Program-made: the position numbers and the translations under genes
Shown here: piece after piece, positions 13,151 to 25,190 of the stretch
Layout: each line of letters begins with the position of its first letter
Position numbering within the stretch: position 1 is the stretch's first letter
Assembly: GCA_002633005.1 (NCBI GenBank)
Contig: NMRA01000130.1
Coordinates: 551,848 to 615,847 of the forward strand
DNA length: 64,000 nt
DNA from: Phoronis australis
Lineage: Eukaryota; Animalia; Phoronida
Direction: 5' to 3'
Notes under the pieces: model-generated
What the model was told of the DNA's origin: nothing
Database searches by the model: none
Seen by the model: only the letters and a program-made list of their open reading frames with translations

Positions 13151-14289
13151 AATCAATGTCTTTGTTTAAACGTCAAGCAATGTTAGATCGGTCAAACGGT
13201 TTGCAGTCTTTTTCGTCGGTTATCTATGCATCTTCAAAATGGCGTCATCCAAGATCATTTTCTGCAATGTCACGAACATAAAATCACTCGTCAAGAAATT
13301 GTGAAAAAACACGTCAATTCGCTACGTGGAGCAAGATGTACTGCGATTGAAAGTATTAGAGTTCCTTTTAATTGATTTTGAGAAGCCTGTTTTGAATGAG
13401 CAGCAAACAGGGTCGCGCCGCACATTACACTTGTTTGCGTGACTTTCCTTTCATTAGTCATTCATTGCAGTATTTCATACCTGCCGTGTCTCACTGTGTG
13501 TGTCGTCAGCTTATACTCTGTGGTGGCATTACTGCGTCATTTTATCTTCACTTGAGAATGGAACAAGTATGTTTCGAAATATCTTGTGTCTTTTAATTAT
13601 GTCGCTAGGTCAGTTACTTTATCTATGTTCAGTTGAGAGTAGAGTTTTGTTCCGAAGGTACGAACGTAATGGAATAAAGACCGTGAACAATGAAAAGTGT
13701 TGTGCATTCAACCAATAAAACGAAAACAAAATGTTAACAACGTTATTCATATTTTATTTATTCGTATACCATAATTGATTGTGAAATTGATCTCCAGTTG
13801 TTGTGGTCAGTCACGTTTGATGTGATTTCAAGGCTTTAAATAAGCTGGAAGTTCATGAGTGCTTGAGACCAGGTACGTCAAGTTGGCTTGTCACGGCGTG
13901 TCAATTTATGCGCTGAGCAACATCTAAAAGATTATTGAACTGCCAGTTCTTTGCAAACCCAGATATATCTTCACGTTTGGGTAAGGAGCAAGTTGAGACC
14001 AATTTTGTAACAATGAGTGACCTAAAGTTCTCTTTGTTTATATTGCCACTTTAAAGGGACATTCTGGGCCAGAAAGGAATTACTAGTTCTCATTTTGGAC
14101 TTGGAGGGGGTAATCAGTCAGTATAGTGGCTTAGGCCTACAGTTAAAAATTTTGATATAGGTAGTTATAGTTATAATAATGCTATGTCTCTCAATAACAT
14201 ATAAACATATGAAGTCAACAAAAGGCTAGGGCAACTTTTATTGACCCTTGTCAAAACAGTGTGCTCATTGTGAATCAATCACTTGGAAA

Positions 14290-15850
14290 ATTAGCACAGC
14301 TTGCCAAGTTTCCAAGAATAGGGCTCTTGTGACTGCTAAGAAGGTAAAGACAGGATAGTTGGCACCTTGCCATTTTTTCCAAGATACCATAGACAAGTAA
14401 AAAATAATCACAGATGACTGGACACAAGCGAAACTCCTCGTAATTACTGTTGAATGTGAGCAGAATTTTAATCAGTCACTTGGAAATTCATCAATATCTG
14501 AAGTACAACTTGCCAAGTTTTTATGAACAATCTCTTGTGACTGATGAAAATAAACAACACCTGGCACCATGCCATTTTCTGTAAATGTATACAGACATAC
14601 CAAAACTAAGCAAAAAATGACCAGTGTTACTCCAGGTCAAGAAATTCACAGCATTATGGTTGAATGTAGGCAAAACTGACCATTCGTAACTGACTGTCGG
14701 GGGGAACCCCATGGAATTTGCCCAATGATTAAGCACACTTAATGCACAATATAGCAGGCAAGTGAAATGCCATTTTGTCAAATTTATTCACAAAACTAAA
14801 GATTAAGAAAAATAACCTATAACTAGCATGGCTTGTACTCTCTGTGAATGCCATAAAATATCATTGGTAAAGTTTTTATTATTTGAAGCAAATTAATCAG
14901 CTTTCAAAAACATGGAAATTTGATGATTTTGGAGAGTTATGGAGAGTTACCATTAGTTTAGGGTCTTATCAAGCACGACCAAACCCTGTCCTGCATGCTT
15001 GCTGCAAACATGGTGCTTTTGTATGAGCTGCATGGCGCCAATGTTTAGCAACTGGACTTGTCAATATGTGTTGTGCTGACTTGTCATCAATGTTTTAACA
15101 GTGTATGTTTGTCTCATTGTAAGTTTCAAGAACAATAGTAAAAGCAACTGATCTTTGTAACAGCACGTTCTCGAAATTCACATAAAAAATAACTGTGATA
15201 CCCGCCTTAGAATTTTTAAATAATGCACTTGACAAGCAAAGTAATCAAAAGTTGAGGGTAATGAGGTCCGACATATTGAGAACTGGTCTGATGCCCATTA
15301 TTCAGTAGAGAAAACTGGTCCTCAAACTGGTCTGATGCCCATTATTCAGTAGAGAAAACTGGTCCTCAAACTGGTCTGATGCCCATTATTCAGTAGAGAA
15401 AACTGGTCCTCAAACTGGTCTGATGCCCATTATTCAGTAGAGAAAACTGGTCCTCAAAGTGCGGGACCACTGTAAGTGACTATTACTGAATTTAGTGGAG
15501 CGGCAATATAAGCTTGCTAAGTTTTTATGAACGAATCTCTTGTGTGTGCTGAAAACAAACAATAGTTGGCACCATGCCATTTTCTGTAAAAGTGTATTCA
15601 GACATACCAAAACTACCAGTAAGCACAAAGTTACCAGTGTTACTCCAGGTCAAGACAGATAGACAAAAGAACTCACACCATTGTGGTTGAATTCAGCCAA
15701 AATTGACCATTGATAAAAGAACAGTTATTGAAAGTTGAGGGCAATGAGGTCGGGCATTTTGAGAACCGTGGTTAATGCCCATTATTCAGTGTAGAAAACT
15801 ACTCCACAATTCCTGGCCACTGTAAGTGACTATTACCGAATTTAGTGGAA
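14290..15850 (+). repeat. Degenerate local repeat cluster
   Basis: The block TTGCCAAGTTT..CTCTTGTG..TGGCACCATGCCATTTT..GACATACCAAAAC..GTTGAAT recurs at ~14300, 14510 and 15515; the block AAAGTTGAGGG.AATGAGGTC...CCACTGTAAGTGACTATTAC recurs at ~15248 and 15731. Confidence 0.7.
15281..15458 (+). repeat. Perfect tandem repeat, 44-bp unit x4
   Basis: AACTGGTCTGATGCCCATTATTCAGTAGAGAAAACTGGTCCTCA starts at 15281, 15325, 15369 and 15413; no spacers. Confidence 0.95.
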
Positions 15851-15919
15851 CAGCAATAAACGTGACAGTAGTAGACTGAATGTTCATTTCACTGTAGACA
15901 CCGTTGCAATATGAGTTAT

Positions 15920-16420
15920 GTAAAGTTACCTGTCGGAGTCGTGAAGCTTTTTGAGACCATGTACTAACATTTGGTCTCATCTCGAGACCTTTGTCGGGTA
16001 CAATGGCGGGTAACTGGAGCCTCGTCCATGTCTGTTACATCATCATTATCTTTTGTCCTGAGGTGTGACCTCTGTCGGATCGTCGGAGGGATCAAATTCT
16101 GATAGATGGCGGGAAGTTCATAGCCCAAGACTCTATTTGAGATGGAGAAAAATTGCCTGCGGATTTCCACCACTTGGCGTATCTCAGGCTCCATCACTTA
16201 ATAAAGACTCAGGCTACAATCTTCCAGCCATCTATCAGAATTTAAATTATTCCCTCTGACGATCCGACAGAGGTCACACCTCATGACACGAGACGATGAT
16301 GTAACAGAAACGGGCAAGGCTCCAGTTAGCTACCATTCCACCTGACAAAATTCTCAAGATATGAGACCGAAAGCTTGTGGTTTCATAAAAACTTTTATGA
16401 CTCTGACAGGTAACTTTACT
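15920..16420. mobile_element. Inverted pair of Penelope-like retroelement 3' ends (GIY-YIG C-terminus plus 3' UTR)
   Basis: The - arm encodes VEIRRQ...NRVLGYELPAIYQNL and the + arm encodes QAPSLNKDSGYNLPAIYQNL, resembling the EIRR..LNRD.GY.LP.IY end of PLE GIY-YIG endonucleases. The arms are reverse complements out to GTAAAGTTACCTGTC / GACAGGTAACTTTAC. Confidence 0.75.
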
Positions 16421-16472
16421 CAACAGTAATGTGACGTCGTTCCGCTAATTAAAGAATTTTTTATTGTTTCAG

Positions 16473-16543
16473 GACTGGATCCCGGTAGTGTTGTTATTAC
16501 TGAGGCTGCTGTTGATGAAATGTTTAATTCATACTGGGAACTT
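16473..16543 (+). CDS. UPP1: Uridine phosphorylase exon
   Basis: TGTTTCAG|(G)LDPGSVVITEAAVDEMFNSYWEL|GTGAGT; conserved L.PG.VVIT..AVD; phases match both neighbouring exons. Confidence 0.93.
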
Positions 16544-17702
16544 GTGAGTAAACATATAGAAGGATATAAAGTACTCCAAAAATTATCGTCAAATTCAAAT
16601 AAGAATATTTAATTCAAGTTTGACTCGGGACTTTTAGCTGAAAGTCCAGCGGTGGTTGTGTTAGTCCATTTTAAGGGCACGACTAAAAAACAATACCCGC
16701 TGGACTTGTTTCTGGGTTTCACGACAGACATTTTCTCCTTGTGTCGTGGCCTAGTTGTCTCCTGTTTTGTTTTGGAATGTTGACAACTATGTGGAAGCCA
16801 TCTTGGAAATTTGTTGCAAGCCATGATTATATGGGGAATAGCCGCTTTATCAGTAGAACGATACGACATGCGTCAGAACAGTATAGTCTTTGTAACTAAA
16901 GTGTGCGAGAAAGATGAATGTTGAGTTGTTTCATGCTAAAAGATGGCTGTTAATTGGTGCTATAAAATTTAAAAAGTATGAAAAAAGGTAAAAGTAATGC
17001 ACAAAATGAACTGTTAGTCAAACTATAAAAACAATTGTAATTAATGCAAACAACACCGTTTTTGAGATGTTTAGGGTTGCTAGACATTATTTTCATACTC
17101 TAGAGTACTAAAACTGACCCAGCAGTCATGTTCTTGTACAAAATTTAGTCAGAATAGGAAATTTAAACTACTTAAGCAAAGTCCGTTTCATCTTTCCACT
17201 GTTAGCAGACATTCCATACACAGTGGTTTGCAACAAATTTCCAAGATGGTTTCCAAAAGGCTGGTAAAACGCACGTGTGACAAAATTTCGTCTCGGGAAC
17301 AACATAATTCATTTAATACATGGCACAAGTATTTCAAAACTTTAGGTTAGAAAAATATACTCTTTGAGTGCTTGGGTGCGTAAGGCACCTCTCCCCCTGG
17401 TTCTGGCTGGGCTACGTGTGATCATGTAAAGTTACAATAGTATTAAAAAATAAAATAGTATCCACACCAAAACAGTTTTTAAAGATGTTGCTGTATGATG
17501 TTTTAAGGCCACAGTCATAGTTTGGTCATGCCTTTCAATTAATTAATTTACAAATTTCTGAATTTAGCTAGGTTTTCATTTCCTAAACATCACCAAGTCA
17601 TGCTGAATTGTCAGCTAATTAACTGTGTCAGTTACTGTGTTGACACAATATACGCACCTATGGGACATAAGAAAAATACCGCAAAATTTTTTAAAAAAAG
17701 TA

Positions 17703-17924
17703 ATTGCAGGCGGTCTAGTACACGCTGTACCAGACGTTCGCAGTCCAGGGTCCACTGCACTGATCACCTGGAACCATTTTTATGCTTTCTTAATATATTA
17801 GTTAAAACCAAGCTGAGGAGCTAGAGACCTGACTCAAGGGACTAGCAGTGTGGCCCAGTGGGACTCAAACACACGACCTGGAGTAAAGAAAGTGGGGACC
17901 TATCACACTAGACTACACCGCCTC
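17703..17924 (-). mobile_element. tRNA-derived SINE, family A, second copy
   Basis: Reverse complement reads GGCGGTGTAGTCTAGTGTGATAGGTCCCCACTTTCTTTACT...GTTTGAGTCCCACTGGGCC, homologous to 4560-4770. Confidence 0.7.
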
Positions 17925-18445
17925 CCCTCCTACCATGAACTTTGGTGGTTCTAAAATTAATTTGAATAAATGTTACTCAATAAATATTAATGTGTGGTTC
18001 TGTTGAAAACTTCAAAGTGATTTGCTTTGAGTTCTCATTTGTAATTATTTTGTTGAAGTAGGTGATAATTTTAATTTTGCCTTACTTTCAGTGAAATCCT
18101 TTTGAAATAATTTGATCAAACTTTGGGATTATTGTTGGTTGGGGTACACTTCTTTCAATTTGCTTTGAACAGAGCTATAAATCAACATAATCTGTTGTGT
18201 TTGAGTTATACTTGCCAATTTTTGACATTGTCTCCCGGACAATCAAAACCATTTAAATATGCTTAAAATTCTCTGTTACTTAACACGTGGGATTTGGGTC
18301 GGCAGCGGAGCGTTTGGCTGTTACTGTGGAGCTGTGAAGTTCGATTCTGCTCAAGTCGGTGTTAATTTCTTGCGGAGAATGTTCCTTTTAAAAATTGGCT
18401 TTGGTACACTTTTGGCAGCATTATCAAATACACTATTTTTTGTAG

Positions 18446-18584
18446 TCTATCCTCGGAGAGCGAATAAAGCGGCCTGCAGTTTTGGACCCACAGCTGGCAC
18501 AGGACATACTAGCATGTGCAGACAGTGAAGATGGCTTCCGCACTGTGACGGGGAAGACTATGTGTGCGATGGATTTCTATGAAA
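18446..18584 (+). CDS. UPP1: Uridine phosphorylase exon
   Basis: TTTTTGTAG|SILGERIKRPAVLDPQLAQDILACADSEDGFRTVTGKTMCAMDFYE(T)|GTAAGG; ILG...R and G.TMC..DFYE motifs. Confidence 0.95.
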
Positions 18585-20536
18585 GTAAGGAGAAGTGGAA
18601 ATAATATAATTGCAAGATATTTGGAAGGCCTTAGGGGTGTACTTGTATTCCTATAGTCATGCAGGTCTGTGCTGTATAAGTGGAAGAACAGCACTTAAGT
18701 TCCAGTGTAAAAATGTGCTATCGTGTGCGATAGTGTAGCTTTGCCCTTTTTGCGATCCACGAACCCAACAGTTTTTTATTCATCATTAAGCAAATCTTCT
18801 GTTAACAGGATTTTCATGCGAGAAGACGAGAAAGCATGCACTGAGTATCCAGCAAAGGATCAGCACCTCAATTGCTTTATGGCACCGTTACGAATTGAAG
18901 TGAATAAGTCACTATATTCATGGGCTTGACTGAACGTGCAGCTAAGATAATTTGCCTGTGGTTTTAATGCTATGTATGTTCTTGGATAAAGATAGCGTTT
19001 TTTGGCTAAATTGTCATGTGATCCTGACCTTGAATGATCTCATAAGGGTAAAAAATTAATTGGGGACCAGTGGTGAACATAAGAATCGACCCAAAGATCC
19101 TGATATTCTGTCAAGTGGTTCCAAAGATATGCTTGCATTTAATTTATGCTATTAGGTCAAATTATGCATGAAAAGCAGGGTTAATGAGGTCAAATTGTTA
19201 GCCCAATAACAGGATTGGAACCGTACCTCAAAATTGTCATGTGGACCTAAAATGGCGATTGTAGCGAAAACTTGCGCACTTGTCCGCTTAGTGCCTGGAC
19301 TATAACACAAAAACTAGGACACAGAATCTGCGAAAGTGATGGAACCCGGGACATAGAACCCGAAATTCGTAAAACGGGAAAGATAGAACCTTGGACACAT
19401 AGAACCTGGGACACAAAAACCCAGGATGCACCATGCCACCTCTCGAATACTGGCTGTTGTCTGCTTTTTAGTTTAAGGTCATGAAAGTCACATTTCTTGT
19501 TTGATTTTCAAAGTTAAAAACCTAACCATATGTACTTTCACGCACTATTCAAATATGCTAATTAAAAACTTTCAAAGTCAAAATTCAAAACAATACTATA
19601 GTTGCCCCCTGAGTGTTTACAACTTACCATGTTTATGACTGGCAATTTCACACCTGAATAGCTGAATTAATCTCCAGAGAACGATAGTATGAGCTGATGC
19701 TGAATGGTGTTTTGAAGAAAGCGGTGGATTTCAAGGTCAGGGAACACTAAGTTGCCCAGTCTTTGAAGAAAGCAGCCTATTTTAAGGTCAGGTTGAGTTG
19801 CCCAGTCTCAACCACTGAGGGTGTCAGCATAAGATTCTTTTTGTGAACTAAAATAGAATGACGCACAATTTGGAAAATGAGGCAAATCAGCTGCCAGTGG
19901 TTTATTTCATCAACAGAAGGTGACCAAGATATTTTTTATTTCTTTAGTTTTACTTGTTATGTCTTATCAAAAGTGCGTCCAAAGCGATGCACCTCAATTA
20001 ACTCAAAATGGCTAGTTTAAATCCAACGTGATGCAAAAACAAAGCCTTGGGTGAACACTGGTACATTCAAAATTATACTACAGAATTGTGTTTTTAAGCA
20101 AAAGTATTTCTAGAACAATAGCAATTTCCAGATATTTAAAAAGTCTTTACTCATGTGCTTTCGGCCATAAAAGAGCAGAGCACACCTGCTGTGAGTGGCA
20201 TATCAAGTGGCACTGACCTAAGCAACTGCAGAGTAAATGAGTGATGCCCTAAGAAACATGGGGGAGCGTCGCCCAAAACTGAGTGAAGTGACCCCTGAGA
20301 AACTTTGCTGAAGACCCCCCTGGAGTAACTAGGAGTTGCCCGCGCTGAGTACCACCAACACTGGGTTGAGAATAGCTGAGAACTGGGTTTTCAGTACCTC
20401 TTAGTTGCTTGGCTGAGTAACATGATGGCCCATCAGTAACTTTTTTCTGGAATGCATGAAATTTAGCGTTTACGGTGTGCCACAATATCTTTCCCAAGTT
20501 TTTATTGTACCCTGATGTTTCTCAATTCTTCTTAAG

Positions 20537-20683
20537 CCCAGGGTCGTCTTGATGGAGCATTCTGTGATTACACCGAACAGGACAAACTGGATTTTTTGAA
20601 GAGAGCCAATGAGTTTGGTGTTAAGAACATTGAAATGGAATCTTTGAGCCTCGGCGCCATTTTACATAAAGCTGGATTAAAAG
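20537..20683 (+). CDS. UPP1: Uridine phosphorylase exon
   Basis: TTCTTCTTAAG|(T)QGRLDGAFCDYTEQDKLDFLKRANEFGVKNIEMESLSLGAILHKAGLK(G)|GTAATA; QGRLDGA and NIEMES active-site motifs. Confidence 0.96.
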
Positions 20684-22699
20684 GTAATATTTTTAATCGG
20701 GATACTCAATGTTGAACTGCATCACAGTTTCGTTTAGATCATGCCAAGAATTATAGGGTGACACTTGCTTTAAAATCAGAATCTAAATGCTGTCTGCTGG
20801 TTTGGTAATTGGCACATTGCCACACACCTAGAAGAATTAATGAGAAACAAGATATGGCCCAAGATTATACCAAAGTCTTAGGTTGTAAACGTTACATTCC
20901 TCTGCGATTTTTAAAATTCAAAAACCTAACCATGAACTATTCAAATATGCTATTAAAAGCTTTCAAAAAGAAACTTTTAAAAATACTATTGTCGTCCCCA
21001 GTGTGTTTGTGATGGTCCTGATTATCTAAAAAACATCAGCAGCCTGAGCTGTGATGTAATTAACTACAAGTGCAATGTGCCTTTAATTGTGGCGACAGAA
21101 TTTGAGGTACGAAAACCAGTTGAGTTGCCCCAATCTCCGACTGGTGAGGATCATGCCAAGACTTGTAGGATGACACTTGGCTTACCTCAAAATCCAACTG
21201 CTGCCTGGTGGTATGGTAATTGGCCCAATTATGTTGCACACCCAGCAGAATTAACGAGGAACACATTGCAGCCACATTAAACAAACGTTTGAGGTTGTAA
21301 AAGTCACATTTCTTGTCCAGTCTTTAAAATTCAAAGACCTAATCACGTGTGCTTTTCATGAACTATTCAAACATGCTTTTAACAAACTTCCGAAATGAAA
21401 ATTTAAAAATTTTATTGTCACCCCCAGTGTGTTTATGATGGTCTCATTATCCAGAGAAAGATAACATCAATATCCCAGGCAGTTTAATTAACCGCAACAG
21501 CATGGTGTCTTTGATCTAAACCAGCACATTTTGAGGTACGCAAACCAGTCGAGTTGCCCAATCTCGACCGGTGAGGGTGTCAACGTAATATTTTTCATGT
21601 ACACCATCGCAAGTAATCATTCATGTACTCGGGATGGTCAAAATTCCGAAGCAAACGTCAAGTCTGTATGTTTTGTGGACGTCCTGCAGTTTCACGCCCA
21701 TTCACATTAAGCTGATATATATATAAATACATATGTTTTCACTTTTTTTGCTCTTTTGAGGGACTAGCTTGTACCCAAATCTGGGTGATATAGTGTCCAG
21801 TTTATAATCCCTAAAGTCCCCAACATTACATCACAGCCATTGGCATTATGGAAATTTGCAGTTTGTACTCGTTGAATCAACTTAAACTTTTAGAATTTTC
21901 CATCTGCCTAATTTATAAAGGCCTCCCCCACTGCAGCAATGCATATGGTGATTAAGTTGGGATTTCATTTGTCTTCCATGATTTCATGATTGAACTAACA
22001 TTGAAAGTTAAAATGGCACAGAAATATAAAACATATTTTTATAATCCCTGATCTTTTTTCTTTCAGAAAATATATACCTTTACTGGTTGACAAAGCCTGT
22101 TTTTTGATATACTATACGCGTTAGAATAAAGGCCACTAAATAAGGTTTGAGATAACCTTAAGTTCGTACATGTAATGTCAAGGCTATGACTGGAAATTGT
22201 TGAATTCTAAAAGCTTTCTTATGTAGATCCACTTCAGGCCTGAGCAGCATTCAGTAAGATACCTCAAGTTTTTTGTGGTGTATATTTCCTCATGCTTCCC
22301 AACCATTCAGACTCAACTATACGGAAGTTCCTGGCTGTCATGACAACCCCCTGGTCACCTCCAGTTTCCCCATTCATCCCTAAAAAAGTTACAGCATATG
22401 ATTTTGTTATGCAGGAAATATGCAAGTGGAAGTTAATCTCAAATTGCGTGCGGGTTGGCACTTGCACCATTTAAAAATACTTGAAAGGTTAATTGCATTG
22501 GCAAGTCAGCTTCGAAGTCAAGTAAAAGAACATTGTTATGGTATGAAGGACTTTTTTGTTTGCAGTTAAATTGAGATGGAGATGACCAAGATCCTGTTTC
22601 TGAAAAAGAGGGTGATTTAGCTAAAGTTTAAAAAAATTTGAGGAGTTGATGGGTTTCAAAAGTGAGGATGAATTGTTAAGAAGGAACGATTTAGGTGGA

Positions 22700-23014
22700 G
22701 ATAAAAATTCTCCTGTTAGGAACTGTGCAAAATTTTTCTCAGGGTCGTCGGAGTTTGCACCAAAGTTTAGAAACAATAAATTCAAGACTCATGATCAGCA
22801 AAAAACAATCCTTCACTTTTATGTTACACCCCATGGGGTCTACCAATTATTTCAGACTCTATTGATAAAAAGAAATTGTCTGATATTTGATAAATATGAT
22901 GAATGCCAAAATTGCCCATGTCCAAATCTTCAGAAACAAGAAAACTCCCCATTTTGCCTTGAACTTCACTGTCGCAAATTTTAAAGACTGTCCCAAGCCG
23001 GAGACTTTTTACCG
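22700..23014. mobile_element. TA-flanked MITE family 1 (Tc1/mariner-pogo-like), degenerate copy
   Basis: Ends CTGTCCCAAG..GGAGACTTTTTACCG|TA; the body matches the intact copy at 31016-31307. Confidence 0.7.
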
Positions 23015-23033
23015 TACTTTATTCTGTCAACAG

Positions 23034-23173
23034 GCGCTGTAGTATGTGTAACCCTGTTGGACCGTCTGAAGGGTGACCAGGTGAGCACCCCTCACGATAC
23101 TCTGATGTCTTGGCAGGAGCGCCCTCAACAGTTGGTGTCAAGATACATCAAACAACAGATACTTCAGCACTGA
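23034..23173 (+). CDS. UPP1: Uridine phosphorylase terminal coding exon
   Basis: TGTCAACAG|(G)AVVCVTLLDRLKGDQVSTPHDTLMSWQERPQQLVSRYIKQQILQH*; conserved AVVCVTLL.RL.GDQ and RPQ.LV..I; TGA at 23171-23173. Confidence 0.96.
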
Positions 23174-23553
23174 ACCTCATGAGAAGTGAGAAGTGCACCA
23201 GGGGTCAGATTAATATCCATTACCGTTAAAGTAATCATTGTTGAATTGTGTCAGTCACCAAAATTTTGTCATAATTTTATTTATATGCGCTAACCGTGAA
23301 GCGATACTTAAGCTAGTTTACTGTGAAACAACCCACGAGGATCAGATAAAAAGATCATTATATATTATGACAAATTTAACTACTACAGGTTATAAAATAT
23401 GTGGAGCTGTAAAGGTGCCAAAGCAACACCATGGTATCGATATGAGGAAATTGAGAAAAAATGGCAAAAAAAAAAATAAGAAAATGGGTTGAGGGAGGGA
23501 AAGTATAGAGAAATTGAATGAAATATACTGAGTCGAAGAGAAAGTATGGATGA

Positions 23554-23801
23554 TGGCACAGTGTTGCAATGAGACGTAGAAACCATGTGGTGCAAATATG
23601 CCAGTAGTGGTAGACCAAAGATTTTCACTGACTCGAGAATCAAAACAATATGATAATCAGTATGAAGCAGTATAGCTTGCATATTGGCACAATGTTGCGA
23701 CGAGACAAAGAAACCACGTGGTACAAATAAGCCAATAGTGGGAGACCAAAAAGGGTCACTGACCCGAGAGTCAAAACACCGAGTATGAGGCAGTGTAGCT
23801 T
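23554..23801 (+). repeat. Diverged ~125-bp tandem duplication in the UPP 3' UTR
   Basis: TGGCACA.TGTTGC...GAAACCA.GTGGT.CAAATA.GCCA.TAGTGG.AGACCAAA...TCACTGAC.CGAGA.TCAAAACA...AGTATGA.GCAGT.TAGCTT occurs twice. Confidence 0.8.
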
Positions 23802-23884
23802 TAATGATTTAATACTTAAATAATATATCGCAAATAAGATCTGTGAACCTAACTTTCATCATTTCTGTTGATCTGTTATTGTAA

Positions 23885-23890
23885 AATAAA
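23885..23890 (+). terminator. Candidate polyadenylation signal of UPP
   Basis: AATAAA ~710 nt after the stop, followed by a T/GT-rich tract (TTTTTATTCCTTGTG). Confidence 0.45.
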
Positions 23891-24154
23891 GGTTTCTAAA
23901 ACTTTTTATTCCTTGTGACATTAATGCAACTAGCCTTTAAAAATTGAGAAATTTCAGTTTTAGCAACAGCACATTTCTTGCAAAAGTGAAGAGAGATCTG
24001 TGTAATTGAATATTAAGAAATCATTTATTGCATGATGAAGGCTGGCCTTCTGAGTTTTGCTTAAGAATTATTTTTCAATATAAAATTGATGCATACTATG
24101 ACTCCATGTTACAGAAATATTTTTATTCTGTGGCCTCTAATTGATGGGTAGTGT

Positions 24155-24454
24155 GGTAAATATTCTCCTGAATTTGGGACAGTGAAAAAGTGAAAACTTA
24201 ATTATTTTGCTCAGAGTCGCAGCTCGTCCCAAATTTTAGAAATAGTCAATTTAATTGGCCATCGCAAATTCAAAACACAGACTGGAAAGAAAACAAAATT
24301 ACCCAATCTGTAGATTAAAAACACATTGTCCGAAATTTGAGAAATATGATGAACCAACCTTGTAACAAATTACAGAATGAAGAGAATTCAATTTTTGTGA
24401 GATTTTCTGTGTCCCAAATGCTAAAGACTGTTCGAAGTTGGAGAACTTTTACCG
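24155..24454. mobile_element. TA-flanked MITE family 1 copy
   Basis: GGTAAATATTCTCC...TTTGGGACAGT ... ACTGT...GGAGAACTTTTACCG|TA. Confidence 0.7.
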
Positions 24455-25190
24455 TAATTTTTTCTCTTCGGTTATTGTTTGTGTGTATTACGGTACAACG
24501 TTCTCACCGTAACAAAAATCACTGATTTGGTGCTTCGCATCACCCTTATTACGTCAAGGTAATAAACTGACAAATGTAGCAAAAAGGCTTTACCGACCCT
24601 CTTTCATTGAGTATGTGCTACCTCACAGCTGTACTTAGACAGTTGAGAAGATAATCCGCACAGTATGTCACATAGGTCAGTGTGTATGTTGTGGTGATTA
24701 TTTCATTACTTGCACATGTCTGCTGATTTTCAGTACCTGATTTGCACACCTCATTATTCATAGTTAGTTGTGTGGTTAAATCTAGCACTTTCTCTTTGTA
24801 CAGTGCAGTGCTTTTGGGTTTTTGTCCACCAAATTTGCACCAGTAGTAGTCGTTTAATGGGACACCAAAAGTAAAGAAAATTGCCAAAAAATTACACTAA
24901 AATAAAGTGTCAGAAATTTAGGATACAATATGGCTGACGCGTGAAATTTTGTTGTCATTCATTTTTCAATGAAACATTTATAGCACAAATTTAAATTAAA
25001 TGATGTCCCATGTTCAAGGTTTGTTCCGCAACTACCACTGAAGCCTTTGAAAATCGAAAGAGGCATTTTTGGCAATAATTTTGTCCAAAATTGCTAAGAC
25101 TTGACTGAAAATTTTTTAAAAGGATACTTATACCCTGTTTTAATGGTTTAAACCAATCCTCATTCTGTCACCTGCTAATGCATCATTCGT

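Noticed and set aside
15281-15458. CRISPR-like array (also 25191-25320 and 35982-36154)
   Set aside because: The units are contiguous with no unique spacers, there are no cas genes, and the context is eukaryotic intron or intergenic DNA.
18723-18929. ORF after the AG at ~18808 as a UPP exon
   Set aside because: No UPP similarity; the protein is already continuous using 18446-18584 and 20537-20683.
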